Shown: positions 48,723-58,728, counted from the first letter of the stretch. The stretch is 64,000 bases of DNA from Fidelibacterota bacterium (GCA_046735395.1 JBJKQR010000078.1:19726-83725), one strand, 5' to 3'. Program-made: numbers and translations. Notes: generated from the letters alone by a model not told the origin.

Positions 48723-49187
48723 TTATATGACGTCAAAATATTCACAAATTCCCTGTTTCGCTTTTTCAAAATCCTCATCCTGAATAATGCAGGAAACGGT
48801 TGAAATGCTGGTTGAAATACCCAGAATATTGATGCCGATCTGGCTGAGCGCGAGGCATAAACGGTGCGCGAGTCCCGGTTTTTCCCGAAAATGGGGGCCA
48901 TAGATTCCGATAAAGGACACGTTTGAGCGGCTGCTGCTGGAATTTATGATGGCTCGGTCTCTGAGCGAATGAAGCACGTCGACCGCTTCATCCCGGTCCC
49001 GGCTGTGCACGCAGAAGGACATGACCACATTGCCGTCCTTGCCGGATCCCTCGGTGATATATTCGAGATTTATGTGTTTTCCTGCAAATTCTCCCAGGAC
49101 ATTTTCAGCCAGGCCGGCATGATCACTGTGGGATGTGACGGTGATAAGAGTGAGGTCGCGGAGTTCAACCAGGCCCGAAATACACAT
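48723..49187 (-). CDS. Tandem ACT-domain protein (aspartokinase regulatory-domain-like)
   Basis: D.AG.A..V...F....IN...I and GPHFREKPG.A......L....INI.GISTS...SC repeats. Confidence 0.82.
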   Translation of the reverse strand: MCISGLVELRDLTLITVTSHSDHAGLAENVLGEFAGKHINLEYITEGSGKDGNVVMSFCVHSRDRDEAVDVLHSLRDRAIINSSSSRSNVSFIGIYGPHFREKPGLAHRLCLALSQIGINILGISTSISTVSCIIQDEDFEKAKQGICEYFDVI

Positions 49188-50542
49188 ACGCTGCCAAGCT
49201 GGACGGAGTCAGCAGAGGATGGCAGCGGGAGGTGGAGCGTGAAGGTGCTGCCTTTTCCCATTTCGCTTTCCACACGGATGCGTCCGCCATTGGATTCGAG
49301 AAGTTTTTTTACCAGACTCAGGCCGAGCCCGGTTCCGAAACGCATTTCCTGCTTGGCATTTTCGCCCCGGTAAAATTCCTGGAATATTTTCGGCATATCT
49401 TCCGATTCTATACCGATTCCGCTGTCGGCAATGCTGATGATAATTTCCGAATGATTCCTGTCCAGCCGGCTGCTGATCTTTACACCGCCATTTGCTTTTG
49501 TATAATAGGCAGCATTGAAAACAAGATTATTCAGAATCTGGACAAAATCATATTTGGGTGCCCGGATCGGGGGAATCTCTTCATCCAGATCGGTGCTGAC
49601 ATTCAGATTTTTACTCTGGATGACAGACTGGGCGTGCTGGATAACCTGGCCGATGAGCTCATTGAGGCTGAAAAGAGTGATGTCCTCGCTGTCCGCCTTG
49701 ATCTGCTTCCGGGAAATATCCAGCAGTTCGGTAATCATGGAGAGCATCTGTGATGACCGTTCACTGCTGCGCTCAATGAGATTCAATGCCTGACCGGGAA
49801 GCTCCTTTTCGTAATTGGCGCTGATGGCATCCAGTGTGCTCTTTATGGCGATAATGGGGCTTTTCAGTTCGTGGGAGGCGAAGTTGAAGAATTTTGTATT
49901 TTCAATATTCCGCAGTTCCAGTTCTTCATTCTTATCGTCAATTTCAGCCTTCACTCTGCGGTACATGCCGATGAAAGTTCCGGCGATGTAGGTGGTGACA
50001 AAGGTCCCCACGCCGAACATGCTCAACAGAATACTCAGGTGATGAATATCCCGGTAGTCGTAGAATCCGAAAAGCGGAAAATGGGGCAGGACGCCGCGGG
50101 CTTCCAGAAACAGCAGGCCGGCGAACATGATGACAATCAGCCCGCTGAGAATGAACGAGAGCCAGGCGGGAAAGAGAATCGTCGTGATAAGGATATGAAA
50201 GATATAAAACAGATAGAAGGGATTTTCCACTCCGCCCGAAAAATGAATAAGAAAGGTCAGCAGAATTATGTCCACCACAATCTGAATGAAAAGCACACTC
50301 ATCTCTGCCTGCAGCGAATAATGGCTGGAATTGCGAAAACTCAGCGCATACAGAACATTGAGCAGGACGAGGGTTCCCAAAATGGAAAGAATATTTCCGT
50401 AGGGCAGGGTGAAATGAAAAACGAAATGAGCGAAAAAGACAGCAAGGCCCACACCGATGATCGCTGTCCAGCGCAGATGAATGGACCAGATGATTCGGTT
50501 TTTAAGAAATTCAGGATTGAGAAAGGGCAGGCGTGTTTTCAT
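49070..50542 (-). CDS. Membrane sensor histidine kinase with RegB-like TM domain
   Basis: About 6 TM helices with LRWTAI and GGVENPF; H-box SHELKSP; N-box NL..NA; DSGIGI and GTGLGL. Confidence 0.92.
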   Translation of the reverse strand: MKTRLPFLNPEFLKNRIIWSIHLRWTAIIGVGLAVFFAHFVFHFTLPYGNILSILGTLVLLNVLYALSFRNSSHYSLQAEMSVLFIQIVVDIILLTFLIHFSGGVENPFYLFYIFHILITTILFPAWLSFILSGLIVIMFAGLLFLEARGVLPHFPLFGFYDYRDIHHLSILLSMFGVGTFVTTYIAGTFIGMYRRVKAEIDDKNEELELRNIENTKFFNFASHELKSPIIAIKSTLDAISANYEKELPGQALNLIERSSERSSQMLSMITELLDISRKQIKADSEDITLFSLNELIGQVIQHAQSVIQSKNLNVSTDLDEEIPPIRAPKYDFVQILNNLVFNAAYYTKANGGVKISSRLDRNHSEIIISIADSGIGIESEDMPKIFQEFYRGENAKQEMRFGTGLGLSLVKKLLESNGGRIRVESEMGKGSTFTLHLPLPSSADSVQLGSVCVFRAWLNSATSLLSPSHPTVIMPAWLKMSWENLQENT

Positions 50543-50553
50543 GGAGAAGAGTT

Positions 50554-50943
50554 TTACATTCCCAGATGTATTTTTACTTTTTCGATTAATACCTGCGGAC
50601 TGATGGGCTTTTCCAGAAATTCGTTGACCGGAAGTGCTTCCTCATCCTCATTCCGGTCGAAGGAAAATCCCGTTTCGAGTGTAATGGCCGTCAGCATGAT
50701 AATGGGGATATGACTGAAATTTTCCAGACTGCGAATTTCGAAGGCCGTGTGAAAACCTTCATCCTGTGTCTGCATCATGACATCCAGTATAATAAGGTCC
50801 GGTGTCTCGCTTTTCAGCCGTTTGATCCCCTGCTGGCCGTTCTGCGCATCCACCACATCAAAGCCGGCACTTTCCAGTGTAATCCGCATGGCTTCCACCA
50901 GATCAATGTCGTCATCAATGATCAGAACCCGTTTGCTGTGCAT
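50554..50943 (-). CDS. Single-domain response regulator
   Basis: IIDDD, ILDVMM, LTA and EKP motifs; no output domain. Confidence 0.93.
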   Translation of the reverse strand: MHSKRVLIIDDDIDLVEAMRITLESAGFDVVDAQNGQQGIKRLKSETPDLIILDVMMQTQDEGFHTAFEIRSLENFSHIPIIMLTAITLETGFSFDRNEDEEALPVNEFLEKPISPQVLIEKVKIHLGM

Positions 50944-51189
50944 GATGGGACAATCCCTCTTTAAAAATTACTTAAATATATGGGATTTTATCTTCGACTG
51001 CAGGTGCTAAATCAGCTTCGTGACAAAAACGCCGGCGGATAAGCTCCGAATAGTTTTTTAAAATGCCTCGGACCCGGATAAGAAACATGTTAAACCGGGC
51101 TTTCCGGCCGCCGATTCCATCTGAAATAAGCCTTTTATTTGTCAGCGGATCGCGGTAAACTACTGAAGTTATGGGAACCGGGACGGACT

Positions 51190-52413
51190 GTGGAACTTGA
51201 AATCATCTTAGCAGGAATCGGGCTGGGGCTGTCAGCTTATTTCAGTGGTGCAGAGATCGCCTTCATCAGCGCGAATCCTCTGCAGATGCAGATCTGGGAA
51301 AGTCAGAAAATTCGGGGAGCGGCTGTGAGCCGGAAATACCTGGAAAACAAGGAATCCGTGCTGTCGGTGATTCTGGTTGGAAATACGCTTGCCAATATGC
51401 TTGCCACCTCATTTGCCACGGTCGTACTGATGACGCTTCACAGCTTTCCCTACTGGGCCATCAGCCTGCTGGTTTCCTTCATCATTCTGCTCCTCGGCGA
51501 ACTTATACCCAAATCCCTGATTCGTATCAAGGCTAATACGGCGTCCCGATATTTCGGACTGACGATGCGGTTTGTGGAATTTGTCCTGTTTCCGATGACA
51601 TGGATCGCAAAAATGGTGACGACGGCTGCCTTGAAGACGGTCGGCAGTGAACGCGCCGATTACAATGCGGTGCTCAGCCGGGATGAATTCAGGGACAGTC
51701 TCCACAGCGGGCATGAATCCGGTGTCATTGACGTGGAAGAACAGAAATATATTCGGAATGTCATGGATTTTTCGGACAGTACCGCAGACGAGATCAAAAC
51801 CCCGCGGACGGACATACAGGCCATCGCCCTGACGGCAAGCCTGGATGAAGCAAAGAAAGCCTTCAGTGAGTCCGGGTTTTCCAAGATTCTGGTATACGGC
51901 GAATCCATTGACGATATCATCGGCTTTGTGGTGCTGCATGACCTTTTTCTGAGTCCGGAATCCGTGAAAAGTGTGACCCGGGATATCAGTGTGTATCCCC
52001 AGTCCAAGAATATCTTTGAAATGCTCAAGGACTTTCAGGACAGAAATATTTCCATCGCTCTGCTGGTGGACGAATTCGGCGGAACATCGGGAATCGTGAC
52101 CATGGAGGACCTCGTTGAGGAAATCTTCGGCGATTTCGAAGATGAATTCGATGATGACACACAGGGGATACGTCCTCTCAGCAATGGGGATTTTCTGGCC
52201 GAGGGCCGAACCAATATTGATGACCTGCATGAGACAGCCAATATCACGCTGCCCGAGGGTGAATATGAAACACTGGCCGGGTACCTGCTGAGCCGTATCA
52301 ACCGTTTTCCGGCCAAAAATGAAAAAATCATCATTGATGATCTGGAATTCACTGTACTGAAAGCGACAGCAAAGAGTGTCGACCTGCTGCGCATTCATTT
52401 CCTTAAATCATAG
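51190..52413 (+). CDS. CNNM/CBS/CorC (TlyC-like hemolysin family) protein
   Basis: SAYFSGAEIA, GELIPKS, TPR, VDEFGGTSGIVTMEDLVEEIFG and YETLAG motifs; GTG start inferred at 51190. Confidence 0.9.
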   Translation: MELEIILAGIGLGLSAYFSGAEIAFISANPLQMQIWESQKIRGAAVSRKYLENKESVLSVILVGNTLANMLATSFATVVLMTLHSFPYWAISLLVSFIILLLGELIPKSLIRIKANTASRYFGLTMRFVEFVLFPMTWIAKMVTTAALKTVGSERADYNAVLSRDEFRDSLHSGHESGVIDVEEQKYIRNVMDFSDSTADEIKTPRTDIQAIALTASLDEAKKAFSESGFSKILVYGESIDDIIGFVVLHDLFLSPESVKSVTRDISVYPQSKNIFEMLKDFQDRNISIALLVDEFGGTSGIVTMEDLVEEIFGDFEDEFDDDTQGIRPLSNGDFLAEGRTNIDDLHETANITLPEGEYETLAGYLLSRINRFPAKNEKIIIDDLEFTVLKATAKSVDLLRIHFLKS

Positions 52414-52422
52414 AATCCGTGT

Positions 52423-53499
52423 ATGAAAAAACTTGACCGTTTTCTTTTAGCCAGATTTTTCTCACTGTATCTGTTCATTGTACTGGTTTTTGTTGTGATT
52501 TTCTTTATCGTGGATCTGGTCGAGCATATTGACAGCTTCATTGACAACGGATTGTCGCTGAAAAGCGTGGCGATATATTATTTTTATACCTTCCCCTTTT
52601 TCATTCATATCGCCATTCCCATGTCAGCGCTGCTGGCGGTTGTATTTCATTTCGGCCTCATGAACAAGCGTTATGAGCTGACAGCGATGAAATCCGCCGG
52701 GATGAGTCTGTACCGGATCGTTGTACCGTTCCTTCTGACCGGCCTGGCTGTGAGCGTGTTTTCTTTTGTCTTCGAGGATCAGGTCGTGGTGCCGGCCAAT
52801 CAGATTCTGACCGAATTCCGAAAGGAAAATCTGCAGCCGACCCATGTCCGTCGGGCTGATATTATTTCAAATATAGATATCAGTATTCCGGATGGAAATA
52901 TTCTGCACATCGACGAATACAATACGGAAACGCAGCGTGGAAAAGGTGTGGGGATACAGTTTCTGGAAAAGGGGCGGCTGGTGGGGCGCTACGACGCCCG
53001 GTCCATATTCTGGCGGCATGATCACTGGGTGGTGAAACAGGTTGAAAAACGTTTTTTCCCCGAACAGCATGAAGAGTTCAGTACGCTGGATTCGCTTTCC
53101 TTCGCCTGGAAACTTCAGCCGGAGGACCTGGAAAAACGGAAGGTCAGCCCTGATAACATGAGTTTCATGCAGCTGCTGCACTTCATTAAAAAACTGGGTG
53201 CATCCGGACTGGAAACGACAAAGTGGAAAGTGAATCTCTTTTTCAAGACCGCCATGAATTTCACGACCTTCATCGTCATTCTCTTCGGAATTCCCCTGGT
53301 GAGCTATCAGTCACGCGGCGGTAATTTCGCCTCCGGTGTGGGAATCAGCCTGTTTATAATATTCATTTATACTACGATTCTGAAGTTCGGTGAAACGCTG
53401 GGATATGCCGGCCAGCTCAGTCCCTTCATGTCTGTGTGGGCGCCGAATTTCCTATTTTTATTCTTTGGAATCATTTTGTTATTAAAAGCACAGAAATAA
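52423..53499 (+). CDS. LptF/LptG-family LPS export permease
   Basis: 3 TM + ELTAMKSAGMS + periplasmic domain + 3 TM; WAPNFLF. Confidence 0.9.
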   Translation: MKKLDRFLLARFFSLYLFIVLVFVVIFFIVDLVEHIDSFIDNGLSLKSVAIYYFYTFPFFIHIAIPMSALLAVVFHFGLMNKRYELTAMKSAGMSLYRIVVPFLLTGLAVSVFSFVFEDQVVVPANQILTEFRKENLQPTHVRRADIISNIDISIPDGNILHIDEYNTETQRGKGVGIQFLEKGRLVGRYDARSIFWRHDHWVVKQVEKRFFPEQHEEFSTLDSLSFAWKLQPEDLEKRKVSPDNMSFMQLLHFIKKLGASGLETTKWKVNLFFKTAMNFTTFIVILFGIPLVSYQSRGGNFASGVGISLFIIFIYTTILKFGETLGYAGQLSPFMSVWAPNFLFLFFGIILLLKAQK

Positions 53500-53516
53500 A
53501 TCAGTTCGGAGGTCCC

Positions 53517-53804
53517 ATGAAAGCGGATGAAAAATACATGATAAACGGTGTCTCGCTTGCGCAGATTCGTAACCGTAACGAATTGCGGGTGATCAGGCTC
53601 ATGCCCGACATCATCGGAGAAAGTTTTTCGGACTTCCCGGATACCATTGATATTCAGGATATCTACGCGCTGACTCTGAATATACTTCCGGCCCGTTACG
53701 TGCAGCAGGGAGGCATGGTGCTGAGGGAACCGCTGAGCGATGATCAGCTGATTCAGGCCATCCGCGAAGCAGTGGCCGTTGTGAAGTCCAAACCGAATTA
53801 CTGA
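53517..53804 (+). CDS. ComFB-family protein
   Basis: N.NE..V...DIYALTLNILPARY...AV..V...P; ATG 53517 follows GGAGG. Confidence 0.75.
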   Translation: MKADEKYMINGVSLAQIRNRNELRVIRLMPDIIGESFSDFPDTIDIQDIYALTLNILPARYVQQGGMVLREPLSDDQLIQAIREAVAVVKSKPNY

Positions 53805-53827
53805 TATATAACGATATAAATAGTATT

Positions 53828-55093
53828 TTAATTAAAATCCGGATCTGAATCGTCACCGAATTCGTCGTCAAGTTCCTTGAAGGGATCGGTGGGCTGCCGG
53901 CCCCCCGGTTTCAGCACCGCATCCGTTTCGCTGCTTTCCACTTCTCCCGTTCGGCAGTCTGCATTGATAATCAGATTTTTATCACCCATATGAAAGGTAT
54001 AGCTGAGCGGCGCGAAGAAATTTTCAAACCCGTCGTCGGAGACGGCCACTATCTTTAATGTATGATTTCCCTGCGCTACGGCCGGTACGATCAGCTCCCG
54101 GGAAAAATCCTCCCGGACAATTTCGCGCTTGAAAATAAACCCTTTCTTTGTCTTGTTCTTTTTCAGGAGGAAGGATGAAGTGTACCCGACAAACTGGCCG
54201 TCAATGAAGGTCATCCCGTTGTGGGGTGTGGAAAGGATGGCGATATTTTTCGGAATATCCGATTCCCGCGCATCCAGAAAAGCTCGTTTTCCGACCGGAA
54301 GCGTGAAATTCTGTTTCCAGGTTCCGCCCCTGAATTCTACATTGACGTCATAATCGCCAGGTTGAAGGTCAGTCAGAAGGAGAGGTGTCATCCCCCGCTT
54401 CTGTCCGTTCACGATCACCGGCTGTCCCTGCGGGATACTGCGGACAATCAGCTGAGACAGGGTCTGAAGCCGGTTCCCAATGCGCTCATAATAGCTTTTC
54501 TGCACCCGCAGATAGATATCCGACAGATTTGCGGAGTTGGTACTGTACTCGATTTCGCCTCCAGTGGCCCGGGCAATCTTTCTCAGTGAGTTCTGGTCCG
54601 CGTCTCCGAGTCCGATACCATAAACAAGCACGCCCTGGCTCGGGCACATGTTTGCCAGGTCAGAGATGGTCAGCGATGAACTTCCATCCTGTCCGTCTGT
54701 CATGAATATAACAACCGCCGCAGATTCATCATCCTTTACCTCCAGGAGAGCCCGTCCGATGGCATCATAGAGCCGGGTGCCACCCGATGCCCGCAGCCGG
54801 TCTGCTGCGGTATACAAGGATGATTTCGAGGATGTCATTTTCTGAAGAATGGAAATATCCGAGCCGAATTCCAATATTGCTGCCCTGTCGGCAGGCTGCA
54901 TATCTCCCACGAAATTCTTCACCGCAATCCGGGCGTCGTGGATGGCTGAGCCGGACATGGAACCGCTGCGATCCATCACCAGGATGAAATGTGTCTCCGC
55001 TTTCAGATCGTCGAACTGAACCGGACGGGACTGGGCGGATGATATGGTCGTAATGCTGATCAGCAGAATCAGGCTTTTCAAAATGTTATGCAT
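53828..55093 (-). CDS. Exported VWA + PEGA domain protein
   Basis: Signal peptide; MIDAS DRSGS...T...MTDG; PEGA RSIPQG..V.VNG..G.TP....L.PG.Y. Confidence 0.87.
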   Translation of the reverse strand: MHNILKSLILLISITTISSAQSRPVQFDDLKAETHFILVMDRSGSMSGSAIHDARIAVKNFVGDMQPADRAAILEFGSDISILQKMTSSKSSLYTAADRLRASGGTRLYDAIGRALLEVKDDESAAVVIFMTDGQDGSSSLTISDLANMCPSQGVLVYGIGLGDADQNSLRKIARATGGEIEYSTNSANLSDIYLRVQKSYYERIGNRLQTLSQLIVRSIPQGQPVIVNGQKRGMTPLLLTDLQPGDYDVNVEFRGGTWKQNFTLPVGKRAFLDARESDIPKNIAILSTPHNGMTFIDGQFVGYTSSFLLKKNKTKKGFIFKREIVREDFSRELIVPAVAQGNHTLKIVAVSDDGFENFFAPLSYTFHMGDKNLIINADCRTGEVESSETDAVLKPGGRQPTDPFKELDDEFGDDSDPDFN

Positions 55094-55132
55094 GGCAATC
55101 TCTTCTGCCCGGCCGGGCGGTGTAAAGTCGTT

Positions 55133-55864
55133 TTATTCCAATAAATTTTTCAGATCACTGCTGTGGATGCGAACCAGCGTATAAACCATGGAGTTGTCCG
55201 GATCCCGCCACCTTTCCATGACCCGGATATTCCGTATCCGGTATTTGAAAGTGATTTTACTGGCTTTTTCAATGTTTTCGCCGCGCTCGGACTTTTCATT
55301 GATGACAACATTCCTGACCCGGATTTCCGCAGCCGTAATAATATTGTAGACAGCCTTATCCTCCGCCGTCTGCCAGGCATCATTTTCATTGGCCTGATAG
55401 GTATACATCCCCACACCGAAATAATCATCACCGTCTCTGTACATGGGGCCGCGCTGCGTCCATTCCGGACGCGGAATATCGTAAATGGAAATAAAGTCGG
55501 TTGCCAGCGACTCCGGAATCTCCGGCGCGAAGGCGGTGATGAAATCATTGGAAATGAGGTTCACGGCAAAGGTTGCCAGTGGTTTCAGCCGACCCTTAAT
55601 CTTTTCGACTTCGGCCGGGTCATAATCATAATAATAATCTTTCAGTGATTCGTCATAATCCTGATAGCGGATGGACGATCCGTGGTACAGTGTCTCCGTA
55701 TAGACGACATACCGGATCTGAGCATCGACGATGGCTTCGGTACCTTTCAGCGTGTATCCGACAGTCATTTCCGGATAGCGCCCCTGATAGAGGAACCAGA
55801 TGGGATATCTGACCGCTGCCGGGAGCAGGCTGGCCACCATAAATATTAGAATGAAAAATCTCAT
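55133..55864 (-). CDS. Exported hypothetical protein (LPP20-like PxW...YFGVG...A...A motif)
   Basis: Signal peptide; RPEWT...YFGVG...AWQTAEDKA; in operon with the LPP20-like lipoprotein. Confidence 0.6.
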   Translation of the reverse strand: MRFFILIFMVASLLPAAVRYPIWFLYQGRYPEMTVGYTLKGTEAIVDAQIRYVVYTETLYHGSSIRYQDYDESLKDYYYDYDPAEVEKIKGRLKPLATFAVNLISNDFITAFAPEIPESLATDFISIYDIPRPEWTQRGPMYRDGDDYFGVGMYTYQANENDAWQTAEDKAVYNIITAAEIRVRNVVINEKSERGENIEKASKITFKYRIRNIRVMERWRDPDNSMVYTLVRIHSSDLKNLLE

Positions 55865-55875
55865 AATAAATAAAA

Positions 55876-55902
55876 ATTGAGCCGGAATTGCACCGGCTCA
55901 AT
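55876..55902 (-). terminator. Intra-operon terminator-like hairpin
   Basis: ATTGAGCCGG/CCGGCTCAAT stem followed by TTTT on the minus strand. Confidence 0.7.
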
Positions 55903-55925
55903 AGTTTCCTGTCTGATTGTCAGGA

Positions 55926-56480
55926 TTATTTTCCGTAATTGTCCATTTCCTTCTGAAGTTCATCATAGGCCTGAGATGCGCGGAAGCGTTCGTACACTTT
56001 CGGCTTGTTCTTCATCTCATCGACAAAAGACTGATTGAAGGTGGCAGGATCAATGACCATCAGTGTATAAATGGTGATGATGCCGTCTTTTGCCTTAACC
56101 ATTCTTTCGGTTTCAGGGAAGGATCCTGCGATGACGGACTGGGACACGACCTTCTGAACGCTTGTGAAGGCCTCATTGATTTCCGTATCTTCATTGCTGC
56201 CGATTTCTTCCTGAAAATTCTTATTCAGTGTGGAAACCTTGGATTCAATGGACTGGGACATTTTCGCCCGTGCATCGGTCTGGCTCTTTTCCCGGGCAAT
56301 GTCTTCACGTTTTGACTGTCCCTGTCCCACGGATGTAATGGCGCCGGTCTTTCTCATCTGGTTTGCCAGCTGGCTGAGTTCGTTGTAGGGACTGGTCGTC
56401 GGTTCGGGTTCACTTGCACCACAGCTGGCCAGCAAGCTCACCATAAAAACGGACAGAGCAATCGCTAAAATTCTTTTCAT
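55926..56480 (-). CDS. LPP20-like lipoprotein
   Basis: Start MKRILA at 56480 after AGGAG; lipobox LASC; SVGQG.S....AREK....AR..MS..IE..V. Confidence 0.75.
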   Translation of the reverse strand: MKRILAIALSVFMVSLLASCGASEPEPTTSPYNELSQLANQMRKTGAITSVGQGQSKREDIAREKSQTDARAKMSQSIESKVSTLNKNFQEEIGSNEDTEINEAFTSVQKVVSQSVIAGSFPETERMVKAKDGIITIYTLMVIDPATFNQSFVDEMKNKPKVYERFRASQAYDELQKEMDNYGK

Positions 56481-56889
56481 CTTGATCTTCTCCTTGCTTA
56501 GAGTTTTTATTCTATCTTGTCTCAATCTTAGGGACTTACAGTGTATGATGTCGTGACAGTGAGCACATTCCTCGTTATTTCGACAGTTCAAATTAAAAAT
56601 AGGGTTTATGGTGCTGAAAGACAAATTAAAAGAAAGCGGAATATCCTATTAATAATGTACAATTCTGCAGGTGAATTTTCACACCGCTCGGGACGGGACT
56701 TGAAAGGGGATAGCGGGCATTTCGGAAATTTCATTTCAGAAAGTTCGGGTCTGTTATCATTATTATATGTATAGCACAAAAATGTCAGTTTTTGCCTCCG
56801 TGGCCGAGCGGGGAGTTGGACCGTCTGTTTTTTCCTTTTTTCTGTCGGGGTTTTTCATGAAATTCACCCAACATAAAGGAAATTGAATT

Positions 56890-58728
56890 TTGAAAACATC
56901 CGAAGGTTTCATCCGATTACTTGTTTTACTGAGCATGGCTTCGCTTCTGACCGCTGCATCTGTTCCGGCGCGATTACGGATCTGTTTTCGGAAAGATCGG
57001 GTTCTGCCGGAAAAGGGGCTGTCGGCAGGTCCGGCTTCAAAAACCATGACAGAGTATGATCAGCTGGTGCAGAAATATGTAGCCCGGCCTCCGAAACAAT
57101 GGCTCCCCGAAGCCAGGCCCACGGACGGTGAGGGTGAGGTTCTGCTGAAGAACATCTATATATATGATATCGCGAACCCGGATTCGCTCGCTGCAGCGAA
57201 GGAAAAATTCAGCCGTCTGGAGTCTGTCCTGTCCTGTGAGATTCCGGCGCGGCACAAGGTCTGCTACAGACCCAATGATCCGGCCATTTCTCAGGGTTAC
57301 CAGTGGTATCTGGATCAGATCGGTGTGTATGATGCCTGGAACCACTGGAATATTCCCAAGGGGCAGTTACCTGTGAATAAGAAAGTAACCATTGCTATCG
57401 TGGATACGGGCGTGGACTATACTCATCCGGATCTGCAGTACAATATTGCGGTCAATCAGGGCGAGGTTCCGGCGGCTCTGCGAACTGGCGCTGATCTGAA
57501 TGGCGACGGGATGATAACGACCGGAGAATTGCTCGGGAAATATCGTCAGGATGTCAACAAGGATGGATTTGTTGATATTCGGGATCTGCTGGCGGATGGC
57601 AGTCCGCTGATAAACGGAATTGATGATGACGGGAACGGGAAAAAGGATGATCTCTTCGGCTGGGATTTCGGCGGGGCAAACGGAAATGCTGAAGACCGGG
57701 ATCCGTTTCCCTCTACAAATGATAATGTGGATTACAGCCTGCGGACACATGGAACTCATGTGGCCGGCATTGCCGGGGCGACCACCGATAACGGGACCGG
57801 GATCGCCGGTGTGGCTTTCGATGCCTGGATTCTGCCGGTCAAGGCCTCGGAGGACGATGACAAGGACGGATATATTACTCACGGTTTCCAGGGAATGTTG
57901 TATGCAGCAAAGCACGGAGTTCGGGTTATTAATGTAAGCTGGGGGAGTAGCAGCTATTCTGAAATAGAACAAACCGCCGTGAATACGATCGTCAATACCT
58001 ATCATTGTGTCATCGTTGCCGCTGCAGGCAATGGGAATGATAATGGGGAAGTGTACGGGAAATTCTATCCGGCTTCCTACCAGAATGTCATATCTGTGAC
58101 GGCACTGGGAAAAAATGATGTGTGGGGACAGTGGGCCAATTACCATGAAAGCGTGGATATCTGCGCACCGGGCGAGGAAATTACCAGTACTGTCATTATG
58201 GAAGGAAGCAATGGATACGGCACGGGAGGCGGTACGTCCATGGCTGCCCCGGTGGTGAGCGGAGCCGCTGCGCTCATTCTGTCCCTGGCGCCTGCTGCGT
58301 CACCGCTGGAAGTTCAGAACTGCCTTCTCGATAATAGTACAGACATCTATAATATCGAACCGAATTCAAAATATGTGAATCTACTGGGAAAAGGCCGTTT
58401 GGATATTGCGCGATCACTGAATGCGCTGGAGGGAAATTCTGCGATTCAGAGGGTAAATCTGTCGGCCGCAGCCGGAAGAGTGGACTGTTACCCGAATCCC
58501 TGTAATTCATCTGCCCGCATACGGGTTCACAATTCTGTGGGCACGCGGGCGGAGCTGAAGATCTACGATCTGGCCGGCCGTCTGAAACTGAGCCGGACTA
58601 TAGTGGGGGATGCATCCGGGATGGAGACTAACCTGAACCTTGACAGCTTCGCGTCCGGAGTGTATTTTGTAGAAGTCCATCTTGAGGATGGAAACATTGT
58701 ATCGAAAAAATTACTGGTCCTGAAATGA
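56890..58728 (+). CDS. S8 subtilisin-like protease with T9SS CTD
   Basis: Catalytic IVDTG, HGTHVAG and GTSMAAP; CTD YPNP...IYDLAGR...SGVYFV...KKLLVLK. Confidence 0.93.
   Translation: MKTSEGFIRLLVLLSMASLLTAASVPARLRICFRKDRVLPEKGLSAGPASKTMTEYDQLVQKYVARPPKQWLPEARPTDGEGEVLLKNIYIYDIANPDSLAAAKEKFSRLESVLSCEIPARHKVCYRPNDPAISQGYQWYLDQIGVYDAWNHWNIPKGQLPVNKKVTIAIVDTGVDYTHPDLQYNIAVNQGEVPAALRTGADLNGDGMITTGELLGKYRQDVNKDGFVDIRDLLADGSPLINGIDDDGNGKKDDLFGWDFGGANGNAEDRDPFPSTNDNVDYSLRTHGTHVAGIAGATTDNGTGIAGVAFDAWILPVKASEDDDKDGYITHGFQGMLYAAKHGVRVINVSWGSSSYSEIEQTAVNTIVNTYHCVIVAAAGNGNDNGEVYGKFYPASYQNVISVTALGKNDVWGQWANYHESVDICAPGEEITSTVIMEGSNGYGTGGGTSMAAPVVSGAAALILSLAPAASPLEVQNCLLDNSTDIYNIEPNSKYVNLLGKGRLDIARSLNALEGNSAIQRVNLSAAAGRVDCYPNPCNSSARIRVHNSVGTRAELKIYDLAGRLKLSRTIVGDASGMETNLNLDSFASGVYFVEVHLEDGNIVSKKLLVLK

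Noticed and set aside
48723..49187. Aspartokinase (lysC) remnant
   Set aside because: No amino-acid kinase domain upstream; the upstream gene is a histidine kinase.
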